Shown here one piece after another: positions 6,477 through 14,129 of a DNA stretch of 16,376 nt (positions within the stretch are counted from its first letter, which is position 1; each line of letters begins with the position of its first letter). The notes under the pieces were generated by a model. It saw only the letters and a program-made list of their open reading frames with translations, did not search any database and was not told where the DNA came from. The translations under genes were made by a program, and so were the position numbers. Where the stretch lies: NCBI GenBank assembly GCA_027050205.1, contig JALUCS010000035.1, positions 1-16,376 on the forward strand, given 5' to 3'. Source of the DNA: a candidate division WOR-3 bacterium (GTDB lineage Bacteria > Hydrothermota > Hydrothermia > LBFQ01).

Positions 6477-8702
6477 CTACTTGGCCACCACCACTATGGG
6501 ACGTACCACCTTCTGTGAGCCGCTCTCAAGGGTATTGACGACCACCACCAGGGCGTAGATACCCGGAGGTACCCGCCTACCCGCTCTGTTGGTTCCGTCC
6601 CACTCGTATATGCCGGCACCCCCTCCCTCAACGAGGGTCTTGACCACCCTACCCATCCCGTCGTATATGCGGAGGGAGTAGGTGCCTTTGGGTCCCTTGA
6701 CCTCTATGCGGGCGGTCTCCTTGCCGGCTACGAACACGTTCTTGGATACGGAGACCTGAAGCTCGTCGGCGGTGTAGCCCGTGCCGGGCGCCGCCATGAT
6801 GTCCAGGGACTTGCGGGGCAGGAGCTGGTACCCGGAGGTGTAGGGCGGGGTGTTGTCGTACTGGCCAACTATCCCACGGACGCTGATGTACTTACCGACC
6901 TCTATATTGGAAAGGTCAATTCCCGTATTCGGATAGACGTACACGGTTACGGGGACGGTGCCGTTATAGACCGTGAAGGACTTACCTATGCCGGCGTAGG
7001 AGGGGGGAGAGGTCACGACCACCGTATCCAACTGGACGAGGTTCCCCTCAAGGTCCTCGTTCAGGGCGACCCCCCTCTCCAACTTCATAGGTCTGGGCAG
7101 TGTGTCCGTCCCCAGTACCTTAACCGAGGAGAAAAGTACCTCGGTCAAACCGTTGTACTCCGTAACCGTTCCGAGGGCTACCACTAACATTCCCTCTTTG
7201 AGTCCCAAGAACTGGGAGGAGTAGAGGTTCACCCCTCCCGTACCGTCGTATATGTAGGTGGAGGTGTTGCTCGTACTGAAGGCCGAGGCGTCCGCCAACA
7301 CCACGCCGCCGACCAGGACGGTCTGGCCAAGGAGGTTGGAGGAGTAGTCGTCGCCGTAGGCTTGGACCTCGGATATGGGGGTGGTGAAGTAGAGGCGGGG
7401 AGAGAAGACGGACCGGCGGTATATGTCGGCCGTGTCCAAGGCGGAGAACAGTAGGAGGACGAGGGAGTCCTCGCTGTGGGGGGCCAGCGTAAGGGTGAGG
7501 GTGTCGGAGGTGAAGGCGGGGTTCCAGAACTCGGCGCATACGGTATCGCCGAAGGTTAGTACGTTGGTAGGGGAGCGGCTTCCGAGCTTCGCCCTTCCCA
7601 TCTCGTCCTCTGATAAGCCGTTGGCACACACCCTGAACTTGGCCACAGGGCTGAAGGAGGATAGGGCGAACTTCCAGGTTGAGGCCTTACCCTTCAGGGA
7701 GAAGTAAGGACTCTGGCCGAGGAGCATAACGGAGTTGTAGAAGATGAGGTCGGAAGGCTCACGGGGGACTATCCTGTAGATGTTCCCGGCGCTCCCGCTA
7801 TCCTCGTCCACTACCCCCACGAGGTCAAAGATGGTGTCGGGGGGAGGGAAGCTCTCAACGTTCCCGTACCTATCAAGGTAGAGGTTCCCAGAATTGTTGT
7901 ACCGGTCTATTATCGGGACGTTCTGACCGACCGGTACGGTTATCAGGGTGGTGTCAAACCGGACGCTGTCCACCCTTATGAGGACGCCGGAGTACCTCTC
8001 CCTCGCCCTGTTCAGGCCGTCCACCACCACCGGCTCCGGGACACCCACGAACTCCCTGTAGAGGATGTTGGGGTAGGATATCTCCTCCAACCCCCTGTAG
8101 GGGGAGAAGGTACCTTCGGCAACTATCAACTCTCCGGGGTTGACGCCCAGACTACCGTAAAGTACGAGGCCCGAAACCGTATCCCTGAAGGTGTCCTGCA
8201 TATAGGCCTTGTTTCCGAATACGGCCGTAATCACGCCCCGCACCCTCACGTTCTCGTTCACAAGGACCGGCCTCTCCGCGAGGACGTTGTGGAAGAAACG
8301 CAGGGGTACGGTGGTGTCCTCCCTTATCACCACTACCCCGACGCCGAGGGTGAGGGTGTCGGTGGGACCGGCGAGGGTGATGGACAGGTTCTTCAGGCCC
8401 TCCGGGGCGGTTATCCGCAGATCCCTGAAGGTTATCCGGCCGTTCCCGCCGGGGGCAAAGGTGAAGGAGGAGAGGGTGATGGAGTTGGAAGAGGTGCTTA
8501 CGCTGGCGTAGTCAAAGACTCCGTCCGTCGTGTAGTTAGAGAAGGTGGCGCTGTCTCCCAGGTCTATCCGTACGTAGGAGACGGTGTCGGAGGAAGGGGA
8601 TAGGGAGAAGGTTAAGGTCAGGACCCATGGGGTGTTGCGGGGGATGACCTTGCCCTCGCTTAGGATGGAGACGTCAATGGCACCAAAGGCAAACAGGAGC
8701 AT
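6477..8702 (-). CDS. Large exported protein with repeated OB-fold (YhcR/ExeM-like) modules and a C-terminal FlgD-Ig/T9SS-like domain
   Basis: Two similar modules: VRVRGVITA...YMQD...GLVLY...GELIVAEGT...YRGLEEI and VLVGGVVLA...YIYDGTGGVNLY...GMLVVALGTVTEYNGLTEV. C-terminus IYDGMGRVVKTL...WDGTNRAGRRVPPGIYALVV is a FlgD-Ig signature. Confidence 0.8.
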   Translation of the reverse strand: MLLFAFGAIDVSILSEGKVIPRNTPWVLTLTFSLSPSSDTVSYVRIDLGDSATFSNYTTDGVFDYASVSTSSNSITLSSFTFAPGGNGRITFRDLRITAPEGLKNLSITLAGPTDTLTLGVGVVVIREDTTVPLRFFHNVLAERPVLVNENVRVRGVITAVFGNKAYMQDTFRDTVSGLVLYGSLGVNPGELIVAEGTFSPYRGLEEISYPNILYREFVGVPEPVVVDGLNRARERYSGVLIRVDSVRFDTTLITVPVGQNVPIIDRYNNSGNLYLDRYGNVESFPPPDTIFDLVGVVDEDSGSAGNIYRIVPREPSDLIFYNSVMLLGQSPYFSLKGKASTWKFALSSFSPVAKFRVCANGLSEDEMGRAKLGSRSPTNVLTFGDTVCAEFWNPAFTSDTLTLTLAPHSEDSLVLLLFSALDTADIYRRSVFSPRLYFTTPISEVQAYGDDYSSNLLGQTVLVGGVVLADASAFSTSNTSTYIYDGTGGVNLYSSQFLGLKEGMLVVALGTVTEYNGLTEVLFSSVKVLGTDTLPRPMKLERGVALNEDLEGNLVQLDTVVVTSPPSYAGIGKSFTVYNGTVPVTVYVYPNTGIDLSNIEVGKYISVRGIVGQYDNTPPYTSGYQLLPRKSLDIMAAPGTGYTADELQVSVSKNVFVAGKETARIEVKGPKGTYSLRIYDGMGRVVKTLVEGGGAGIYEWDGTNRAGRRVPPGIYALVVVVNTLESGSQKVVRPIVVVAK

Positions 8703-8710
8703 ATGCCTCT

Positions 8711-8716
8711 ATTCTA
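8711..8716 (-). promoter_or_regulatory. -10-like hexamer TAGAAT, 8 nt upstream of ATG 8702
   Basis: Minus strand reads ggttTAGAATagaggcatATG, in a 20-nt intergenic gap. Confidence 0.6.
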
Positions 8717-8722
8717 AACCCG

Positions 8723-9316
8723 TTATATGCCTACGCTAAGGAGGAGGACGTCCCAAGTTAGGTGGGAGACCCAAACGGGGGTCAGATCGTGATGGTAGAG
8801 GTAGAGGAAGCCCCAGAAGAGACCGGCGAAGACGGAGGCTAGGGTTAGCGCCCAGTTGCCGGAGAGGACGTGGGCAAACACGTAGAGGGCCACCGCGAGG
8901 AGGTAGCCGGGGAGTTTCCCCCACTTCAGTACCGCCAACCTCTGCACCGTTCCCCTCCAGAAGAACTCTTCCGCCGTAGATACGGTGAGGACGACTGGGA
9001 CGTAGACGTAGTTGGGGGCGAGGGACCTAAGGCCCTTCGTGGCCTCAACGTAGGCGTTTAGGTAGGGGAAGTGGTGCCTGACGACGTAGGCCGAGACCCA
9101 CGTTACGGCGAAGAGGAGGATGCCCCATAGGACGCCGGAGAAGAGGTCGGAAACCTTGGGTCTCAAGACGGAGAGGGTACCGTTGAGGACGGATAGGGTT
9201 ATCATAACGAGGGCGGTAAAGAAGATGGAGTACCAGAAGTTGAAGGGACCACGGAATGAGAAGGCCCAGAGGGAGGAGACGAGCGGAACCTCAAACAGCA
9301 GTACCACCCAGAGCAT
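8723..9316 (-). CDS. CPBP family intramembrane glutamic endopeptidase (CAAX/Abi)
   Basis: Multiple transmembrane segments; motifs EEFFWRG, YVFAHV and SHLTWD. Confidence 0.9.
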   Translation of the reverse strand: MLWVVLLFEVPLVSSLWAFSFRGPFNFWYSIFFTALVMITLSVLNGTLSVLRPKVSDLFSGVLWGILLFAVTWVSAYVVRHHFPYLNAYVEATKGLRSLAPNYVYVPVVLTVSTAEEFFWRGTVQRLAVLKWGKLPGYLLAVALYVFAHVLSGNWALTLASVFAGLFWGFLYLYHHDLTPVWVSHLTWDVLLLSVGI

Positions 9317-9337
9317 TCGCCCCCCTTGGAGTTGGCA

Positions 9338-9595
9338 CTATTTGGCCTTCGGCGCCCTCTGGAGGGACCCCTTCCGCCTGTACTCCTCGTCTACGGCCTG
9401 CCTTATCTGACGCTCATACCCCTCCGTCTTCTTCAGGGACTCCCTTAGTCTCCTCGCCTCCTCCTTGAGCCTCTTCGTCTCCTCCCGCAGCTCTTGGACC
9501 TCCCTCTCCAACCTCTCCACCCGCCTGACGTAGGAGGCGGGGACGGTGGCGCACCCCGTAAAGAGAAACGCGAGAAACAGGACGCTCTTCCTCAT
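9338..9595 (-). CDS. Small coiled-coil lipoprotein
   Basis: Signal and lipobox MRKSVLFLAFLFTG-C, then a charged heptad helix; ends in K. Confidence 0.8.
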   Translation of the reverse strand: MRKSVLFLAFLFTGCATVPASYVRRVERLEREVQELREETKRLKEEARRLRESLKKTEGYERQIRQAVDEEYRRKGSLQRAPKAK

Positions 9596-9601
9596 CCCCC
9601 C

Positions 9602-9607
9602 ATTCTA
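9602..9607 (-). promoter_or_regulatory. -10-like hexamer TAGAAT, 6 nt upstream of ATG 9595
   Basis: Minus strand reads ccgtTAGAATggggggATG, just downstream of a terminator. Confidence 0.6.
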
Positions 9608-9620
9608 ACGGTGTAAGAGT

Positions 9621-9645
9621 AAAACGGGGGGCCTTTTGGCCCCCC
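9621..9645 (-). terminator. Intrinsic terminator after the 9672..10442 lipoprotein gene
   Basis: Minus strand GGGGGGCC-AAAA-GGCCCCCC (9645..9626) followed by GTTTT. Confidence 0.75.
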
Positions 9646-9671
9646 ACCTCTGTCGCGTTCGGATTTCGGCC

Positions 9672-10442
9672 TTACTCGGTCTTCAGCCAGCGGAGGCCCT
9701 TGACCTTGTCCTGGACGTAGATAGTGAAGTCGGCCGTGTAGCCTCCACCGGAGTTGCTCAGGTTGGTCACCTTTACGGCGCCGAAGTAGTCGTTATTGTC
9801 CATATCGCCGTAGCCAGCGGAGGTGTTGTCGGCCCAGAAGAAGTAGTATCCGCCGCCGGAGATGGCGCGGGCGGTGTTGTAGCTGCCGGAAGCGGGGGCG
9901 AGGAAACCGCTCATGTTGTCGCTGAAGGCCAGCTCCATCTTGGCCTGACCGACGCTGGTAGCGCCGGCGTCCCTAAGCTCGGGGGTGCCGCTGTTGTTAA
10001 AGAGGATGAAGTAGCCGGTGTTGGCGGCGTTGGGGTCTACGTCGCTCTGCTGGAGGGCGTTGACGGAGGGGGTGGTGAAGTCTATCTTCACCCAGGAGTT
10101 GCCCGTGAGGTCATGGGAGACTATACCGCTGACGGAGCCGTTCCAAGGGGTGAGGTCTAAGTTCGTCTTGGTGCCGCCAGCGTCTATGGATATCGCGGCA
10201 TACACGCCAGAGTCTCCCTTGAGGACGTAGGTGGTGTCGCTCACCTCGGCTATGACGTTGCCGTTCTCGTCCAGGATCTTGTAGGTGGAGACGTTCTCAA
10301 CGGACGTCCACGTGAGCTTGAGGTCGGCGCCGTTGTTGGTGGCCTCGGCCGTTATCTCCACGTTGCCGCTGCCCGTCCCCGTACAGCTGGTGGCAACGGC
10401 ACCCACAGCGAAGATGGGTAAAAGCACTAGAAACTTTCTCAT
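9672..10442 (-). CDS. Surface lipoprotein, Ser/Thr/Asn/Gly-rich, predicted beta-rich
   Basis: Lipobox MRKFLVLLPIFAVGAVATS-C; strong SD AGGAGGT; followed by a terminator. Confidence 0.85.
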   Translation of the reverse strand: MRKFLVLLPIFAVGAVATSCTGTGSGNVEITAEATNNGADLKLTWTSVENVSTYKILDENGNVIAEVSDTTYVLKGDSGVYAAISIDAGGTKTNLDLTPWNGSVSGIVSHDLTGNSWVKIDFTTPSVNALQQSDVDPNAANTGYFILFNNSGTPELRDAGATSVGQAKMELAFSDNMSGFLAPASGSYNTARAISGGGYYFFWADNTSAGYGDMDNNDYFGAVKVTNLSNSGGGYTADFTIYVQDKVKGLRWLKTE

Positions 10443-10447
10443 GGCTT

Positions 10448-10454
10448 ACCTCCT
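10448..10454 (-). promoter_or_regulatory. Shine-Dalgarno AGGAGGT for the 9672..10442 gene
   Basis: Minus strand reads taaaAGGAGGTaagccATG. Confidence 0.85.
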
Positions 10455-10455
10455 T

Positions 10456-10743
10456 TTACTTAACCTTTCCGGGCTTCGGAGCGACCTTAGGTTTGGACCT
10501 GCGGGTGGACCTATGCTCCTTAGCCTCGGCCTCGTGTTCCTTCTCTTCCATCTCCTGAAGCTCGTTTATCTTAGCCTCCAACTCGTCAAGGCGGTTCTGG
10601 AGGGACTCAACCTTGCTCTGAAGCTCATCGACTACGGCGACCTTGCTCTCCAGATCTGCTATCTTGTTCTGGAGCTGCCCCTGGTTGCACCCCGCAAACG
10701 CCACGAAGACACCTGCGATTACGAAAGGAAGTATTCTCCTCAT
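10456..10743 (-). CDS. Small coiled-coil lipoprotein with a basic C-terminal tail
   Basis: Lipobox MRRILPFVIAGVFVAFAG-C; heptads LQNKIADLESKV...LQSKVESLQNRLDELEAKINEL; tail RRSKPKVAPKPGKVK. Confidence 0.85.
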   Translation of the reverse strand: MRRILPFVIAGVFVAFAGCNQGQLQNKIADLESKVAVVDELQSKVESLQNRLDELEAKINELQEMEEKEHEAEAKEHRSTRRSKPKVAPKPGKVK

Positions 10744-10751
10744 GAGAGAAT

Positions 10752-10757
10752 ATTTTA
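10752..10757 (-). promoter_or_regulatory. -10-like hexamer TAAAAT, 8 nt upstream of ATG 10743
   Basis: Minus strand reads actaTAAAATattctctcATG; no SD. Confidence 0.65.
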
Positions 10758-10804
10758 TAGTAGAAACGGGGTGCGTGTCGGAAATTTTCAGAAAACCTCC
10801 CTCT

Positions 10805-10810
10805 TAGAAT
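10805..10810 (+). promoter_or_regulatory. -10-like hexamer TAGAAT, 6 nt upstream of TTG 10817
   Basis: ctctTAGAATtcccccTTG; no SD. Confidence 0.6.
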
Positions 10811-10816
10811 TCCCCC

Positions 10817-12184
10817 TTGCCCTTGAAGGTGGATACCCTCCTGTTCTACCTCGCCATCCTGATGGCCGTCCTCCTACCCCTATCCCTCTCCTTGAGCTAC
10901 GTCCCCCTCACCCTCGCCCTTGGCCTCGGCCTCTACGTCGCCCTGAAGGGGGGAAGGAGGTACCCAAGGGACACCCTCCTCCTCTTCCTCCTCTACCTCT
11001 GGAGGGCCATAACCCTAATCCTCAACCACCTACCCCTGAAGGCCCTTAAGGACCTGTACGACAAGATGCCCTACCCCGCCTTCTCCCTCTTAAATCTCAA
11101 CAACCGGAGGTTGGAGGCCATCCTCATGACTCTCGGAGGCTCGGCATCCTTCGTCTCCCTTCTCGGCCTTACGGCCGCCTTCTCCGGGGCCTTCCGGACG
11201 GGGTGGGTATACACCTCCTGTCGTGGAAACTGCGACCTGACGGTTAAGAGGCCCACGGAGGTACTCCCCGTTGTGCTGACGGAGAGGGAGAGGAACTTCT
11301 TCGTAGGTGGCCCGGAGGTGCGCCCCGGCTCCCCGGTGAGGTTGAAAGAGGGGAGGTACGTATTCCACTCCAGGGCGGGGGCGATACTGAAGGTTAGGGC
11401 GGGGGACGTATCGTTAGGGAAGGGGTGGGTGGGGAGGTACGAGGAGAGGAGGTTCTTCAACTTCACCTCCTTTGTGGGGTTCTACGACCACAAGATGCAC
11501 AGCGGGGCCGTCTTCGGCATCCTAACCCTCCTGTACCTCACCCTCGGCCTGTTCTACCGGTGGTACTACCTGTTGCTCTTGCCCCTCCTTGGGGCGGCCC
11601 TCCTGTTGAGCGGTGCGAAGTCCTACATCCTCGCCGTCCTCCTCTTGGCCTTTGGCCTCCTCTACTCCCGGATGGGGAGGTTGCGGGCGTACCCTCACCT
11701 CCTCCTCGCCCTGTTGCTCCTCGTCCCCCCTATCCTCCTCTACTCCCCCTTGAGGGACGGCTTCCTTTGGTCCCTGAACGCCCGTCTGAACTTCTGGAGG
11801 ATCGGCCTGGAGACCTTCCCCTCCTCCCCGGTGTTCGGCGTAGGCTACGACAACATCTCCTCGGTTTTGAGGCCGTACTACGTTAGGGGTCTCGTGGATA
11901 ACTACGCCCACCTCCACAGCTCCTACCTTAACGCCTTGGTGGAGACGGGAGTCGTGGGTCTCCTCCTCGTCCTAACCGTCCTCCTCTACTTCCTATGGAA
12001 GTTCTTTAGGATGGCACTGAAATCCTCCGGTCTCCGAAGGGCCTACCTCCTTGGCGTCGCCCTCTCCATCCTCCTCGTCGGGGTGGTGGGGACGGTTGAG
12101 ACCAACTACGATACGGCCATCCTAAACCTACTCCTAACGTTCCTGATGGGGGTCGGTTCGGCCTTAGGATCCGGACGTGGATGA
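10817..12184 (+). CDS. O-antigen ligase / Wzy_C family membrane protein
   Basis: Polytopic. RLNFWRIGLETFPSSPVFGVGY and AHLHSSYLNALVETGVVG match the Wzy_C periplasmic loop pattern (R..W...P.FG.G...H.HN.YL..L.E.G..G). Confidence 0.88.
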   Translation: MPLKVDTLLFYLAILMAVLLPLSLSLSYVPLTLALGLGLYVALKGGRRYPRDTLLLFLLYLWRAITLILNHLPLKALKDLYDKMPYPAFSLLNLNNRRLEAILMTLGGSASFVSLLGLTAAFSGAFRTGWVYTSCRGNCDLTVKRPTEVLPVVLTERERNFFVGGPEVRPGSPVRLKEGRYVFHSRAGAILKVRAGDVSLGKGWVGRYEERRFFNFTSFVGFYDHKMHSGAVFGILTLLYLTLGLFYRWYYLLLLPLLGAALLLSGAKSYILAVLLLAFGLLYSRMGRLRAYPHLLLALLLLVPPILLYSPLRDGFLWSLNARLNFWRIGLETFPSSPVFGVGYDNISSVLRPYYVRGLVDNYAHLHSSYLNALVETGVVGLLLVLTVLLYFLWKFFRMALKSSGLRRAYLLGVALSILLVGVVGTVETNYDTAILNLLLTFLMGVGSALGSGRG

Positions 12185-12437
12185 CCTCGCCGTACTACTC
12201 GCGGTGCCTGTATACATAGGGGCGCTCATCATTACGGACATCATCATTACCCCCGTCGTTATGGGGATCGTCTTCACCGTCAGGAATTTAGGTGCCGGCA
12301 AGGGGACCCTCCTGCTGCTCTCTATCACCTTTATCCTCGCCTACACCGATAACGAGACCCTCTTCCACCTCTTCGTCTTCATCCTCTTCCTCCTTGGGGC
12401 AATGGAGATAATAGACCTCCTCCTCTCCTCTACTTAA
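12177..12437 (+). CDS. Small hypothetical membrane protein (about 3 TM)
   Basis: GTG start overlaps the ligase stop (GTGGATGA). The 86 aa are strongly hydrophobic, and the ORF fills the gap to the convergent gene. Confidence 0.6.
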   Translation: MDDLAVLLAVPVYIGALIITDIIITPVVMGIVFTVRNLGAGKGTLLLLSITFILAYTDNETLFHLFVFILFLLGAMEIIDLLLSST

Positions 12438-13401
12438 GCTCCGGCTCCCTCCATTTGGCTTTCCATATCTGGGAGTTTCCGGATCTGGTGGAGGTCCAGA
12501 GTATGTACTTACCGTCCCACGAGAAGGTAGGGAGGAGGTCGGAGCCTTCATCGCTGTCGGTTATCTGTACGAGGTGCTGGCCGGAGGTGTCCATCACGAA
12601 GAGGTGGAACCGCCTGCCCATCTTACCGGTTTTGGGGTCGTAGTTGGAGGAGAAGATGAAGTACCTTCCGGAGGGGTGGAAGTAGGGCGCCCAGGAGAGG
12701 GCGTTCAGGTGGGTGAGCTGCTTCTCTTGACGCTTCTCAAGGTCGTAGATGTATATCTCGGCCACCCTCGGACGTTTCGGGTCCCTGAAGCTGCGGTATA
12801 TGACCTTCTTGCAGTCGGGGGAGAAGAAGGGACCTCCGTCGTATCCGGGGCTGTGGGTTACCTGTATCTCCTCACCGGTCCTAAGGTTCTTCACCCATAC
12901 CTCAAGGTCGCCCGTCCTCTGGGAAGTCCATACGAAGAGGTCGGGGTTGGAGGGGCAGAAGCTCCCCTCGGCGTCGTAGCCGGGGTAGGAGATGATCTTT
13001 TTCAGAATGCGGCCGTTGGTGTCGGCGAGGTATATGTCCATCCCCTTATCAAAGGACCACTTGTATCGGCCCTTCTTCCGAGGCTCCTCCTTCCAGGTCG
13101 TCGTGTCCTCGTGGGTGGAGGCGTATATGAGGTAGGGGGGATTGGGGAAGTGGGGGTGGAAGAAGGAGCAGGTGGTCTTCCCCTTCCCCGGTGAGATCTG
13201 CTTTACGTGGCTGCCGTCCGCCCGCATTACGTATATGCGGTAGTGCGACTTTCCGGGGGGTATTCCCTGAAAGGAGATGTACCTGCCGTCAGGTGAGAAG
13301 TAGGCCTCCCCGTTCTCTCCCTCGTGGGTGAGCTGGACGGGGTCTATGAGGTACTTCTTCTCAAGGGAAGTGAAGGAAACACCGAGAGTCAAAAGGAGCA
13401 T
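12430..13401 (-). CDS. PD40 (TolB-like beta-propeller) repeat protein; start re-called to ATG 13401
   Basis: Repeats EAYFSPDGRYISF, GPFFSPDCKKVIY, APYFHPSGRYFIFSSN, PTFSWDGKYILWTS. No TolB N-terminal domain. TAGAAT lies 8 nt upstream of ATG 13401. Confidence 0.88.
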   Translation of the reverse strand: MLLLTLGVSFTSLEKKYLIDPVQLTHEGENGEAYFSPDGRYISFQGIPPGKSHYRIYVMRADGSHVKQISPGKGKTTCSFFHPHFPNPPYLIYASTHEDTTTWKEEPRKKGRYKWSFDKGMDIYLADTNGRILKKIISYPGYDAEGSFCPSNPDLFVWTSQRTGDLEVWVKNLRTGEEIQVTHSPGYDGGPFFSPDCKKVIYRSFRDPKRPRVAEIYIYDLEKRQEKQLTHLNALSWAPYFHPSGRYFIFSSNYDPKTGKMGRRFHLFVMDTSGQHLVQITDSDEGSDLLPTFSWDGKYILWTSTRSGNSQIWKAKWREPELK

Positions 13402-13409
13402 AGGGGCGG

Positions 13410-13415
13410 ATTCTA
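13410..13415 (-). promoter_or_regulatory. -10-like hexamer TAGAAT, 8 nt upstream of ATG 13401
   Basis: Minus strand reads ggctTAGAATccgcccctATG. Confidence 0.6.
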
Positions 13416-13454
13416 AGCCTGATGGGGGTTCCCACACGGTGGGTATTACGGCCG

Positions 13455-13492
13455 TATAATCCTTACCTAATCAGTCAGGATAAAAAGGAGGT
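13455..13492 (+). promoter_or_regulatory. sodA promoter -10 (TATAAT 13455-13460) and SD (AGGAGGT 13486-13492)
   Basis: ccgTATAATccttacctaatcagtcaggataaaaAGGAGGTaagagcATG is a conventional leadered arrangement. Confidence 0.75.
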
Positions 13493-13498
13493 AAGAGC

Positions 13499-14128
13499 AT
13501 GGCCTTCAAGCTACCGGCACTCCCGTACGATTACGACGCCCTTGAGCCGTACATAGACGTGGCCACCATGTGGATACACTACAACAAGCACCACGGTGGC
13601 TACGTTAAGAAGCTGAACGCTGCTCTGGAGAAGCACCCGGAGCTGCAGAGCTGGAGCCTGGAGGAGCTGATGAGGAGGCTCCACGAGGTTCCGGAGGACA
13701 TACGGACGGCCGTCCGCAACAACGGCGGTGGCCACTTCAACCACTCCCTGTTCTGGACGGTTATGTCGCCAAACGGTGGGGGTAAGCCCGGAGGGGACCT
13801 CCTCAAGGCCCTGGAGGAGACCTTCGGGAGCTTTGAGGCCTTCAAGGAGGAGTTTACCAAGGCCGCCCTCGGTAGGTTCGGCTCCGGCTGGGCCTGGCTC
13901 GTGGTGAAGGACGGGAAGCTCCTCATCGGTTCCACGGCCAACCAGGACAACCCCCTTATGCCCGAAGACGTCTCCGGCTTTACGGGGACGCCCATACTCG
14001 GTCTGGACGTGTGGGAACACGCGTACTACCTAAGGTACCAGAACCGCCGCGGCGACTACATCAAGGCGTGGTGGAACGTCGTCAACTGGGAGGAGGTGGA
14101 GCGGCGGTTCAAGGAGGCCCTCCGCTAA
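13499..14128 (+). CDS. sodA: Superoxide dismutase, Mn-type signature
   Basis: [32 protein letters not shown] (GGG typical of Mn enzymes), [23 protein letters not shown]. Confidence 0.96.
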   Translation: MAFKLPALPYDYDALEPYIDVATMWIHYNKHHGGYVKKLNAALEKHPELQSWSLEELMRRLHEVPEDIRTAVRNNGGGHFNHSLFWTVMSPNGGGKPGGDLLKALEETFGSFEAFKEEFTKAALGRFGSGWAWLVVKDGKLLIGSTANQDNPLMPEDVSGFTGTPILGLDVWEHAYYLRYQNRRGDYIKAWWNVVNWEEVERRFKEALR

Positions 14129-14129
14129 C

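Noticed and set aside
10285..11049. 254-aa plus-strand ORF
   Set aside because: It is an antisense shadow of two lipoprotein genes plus an off-frame overlap of the ligase gene, with a Pro/Leu-biased junk translation.
12430..13401. Calling this gene tolB of a Tol-Pal operon
   Set aside because: It lacks the TolB N-terminal domain and has no tolQRA or pal neighbours.
13402..13437. Upstream start MWEPPSGLESAP for the PD40 protein
   Set aside because: It spans the TAGAAT hexamer and adds no signal-like sequence. ATG 13401 is preferred.
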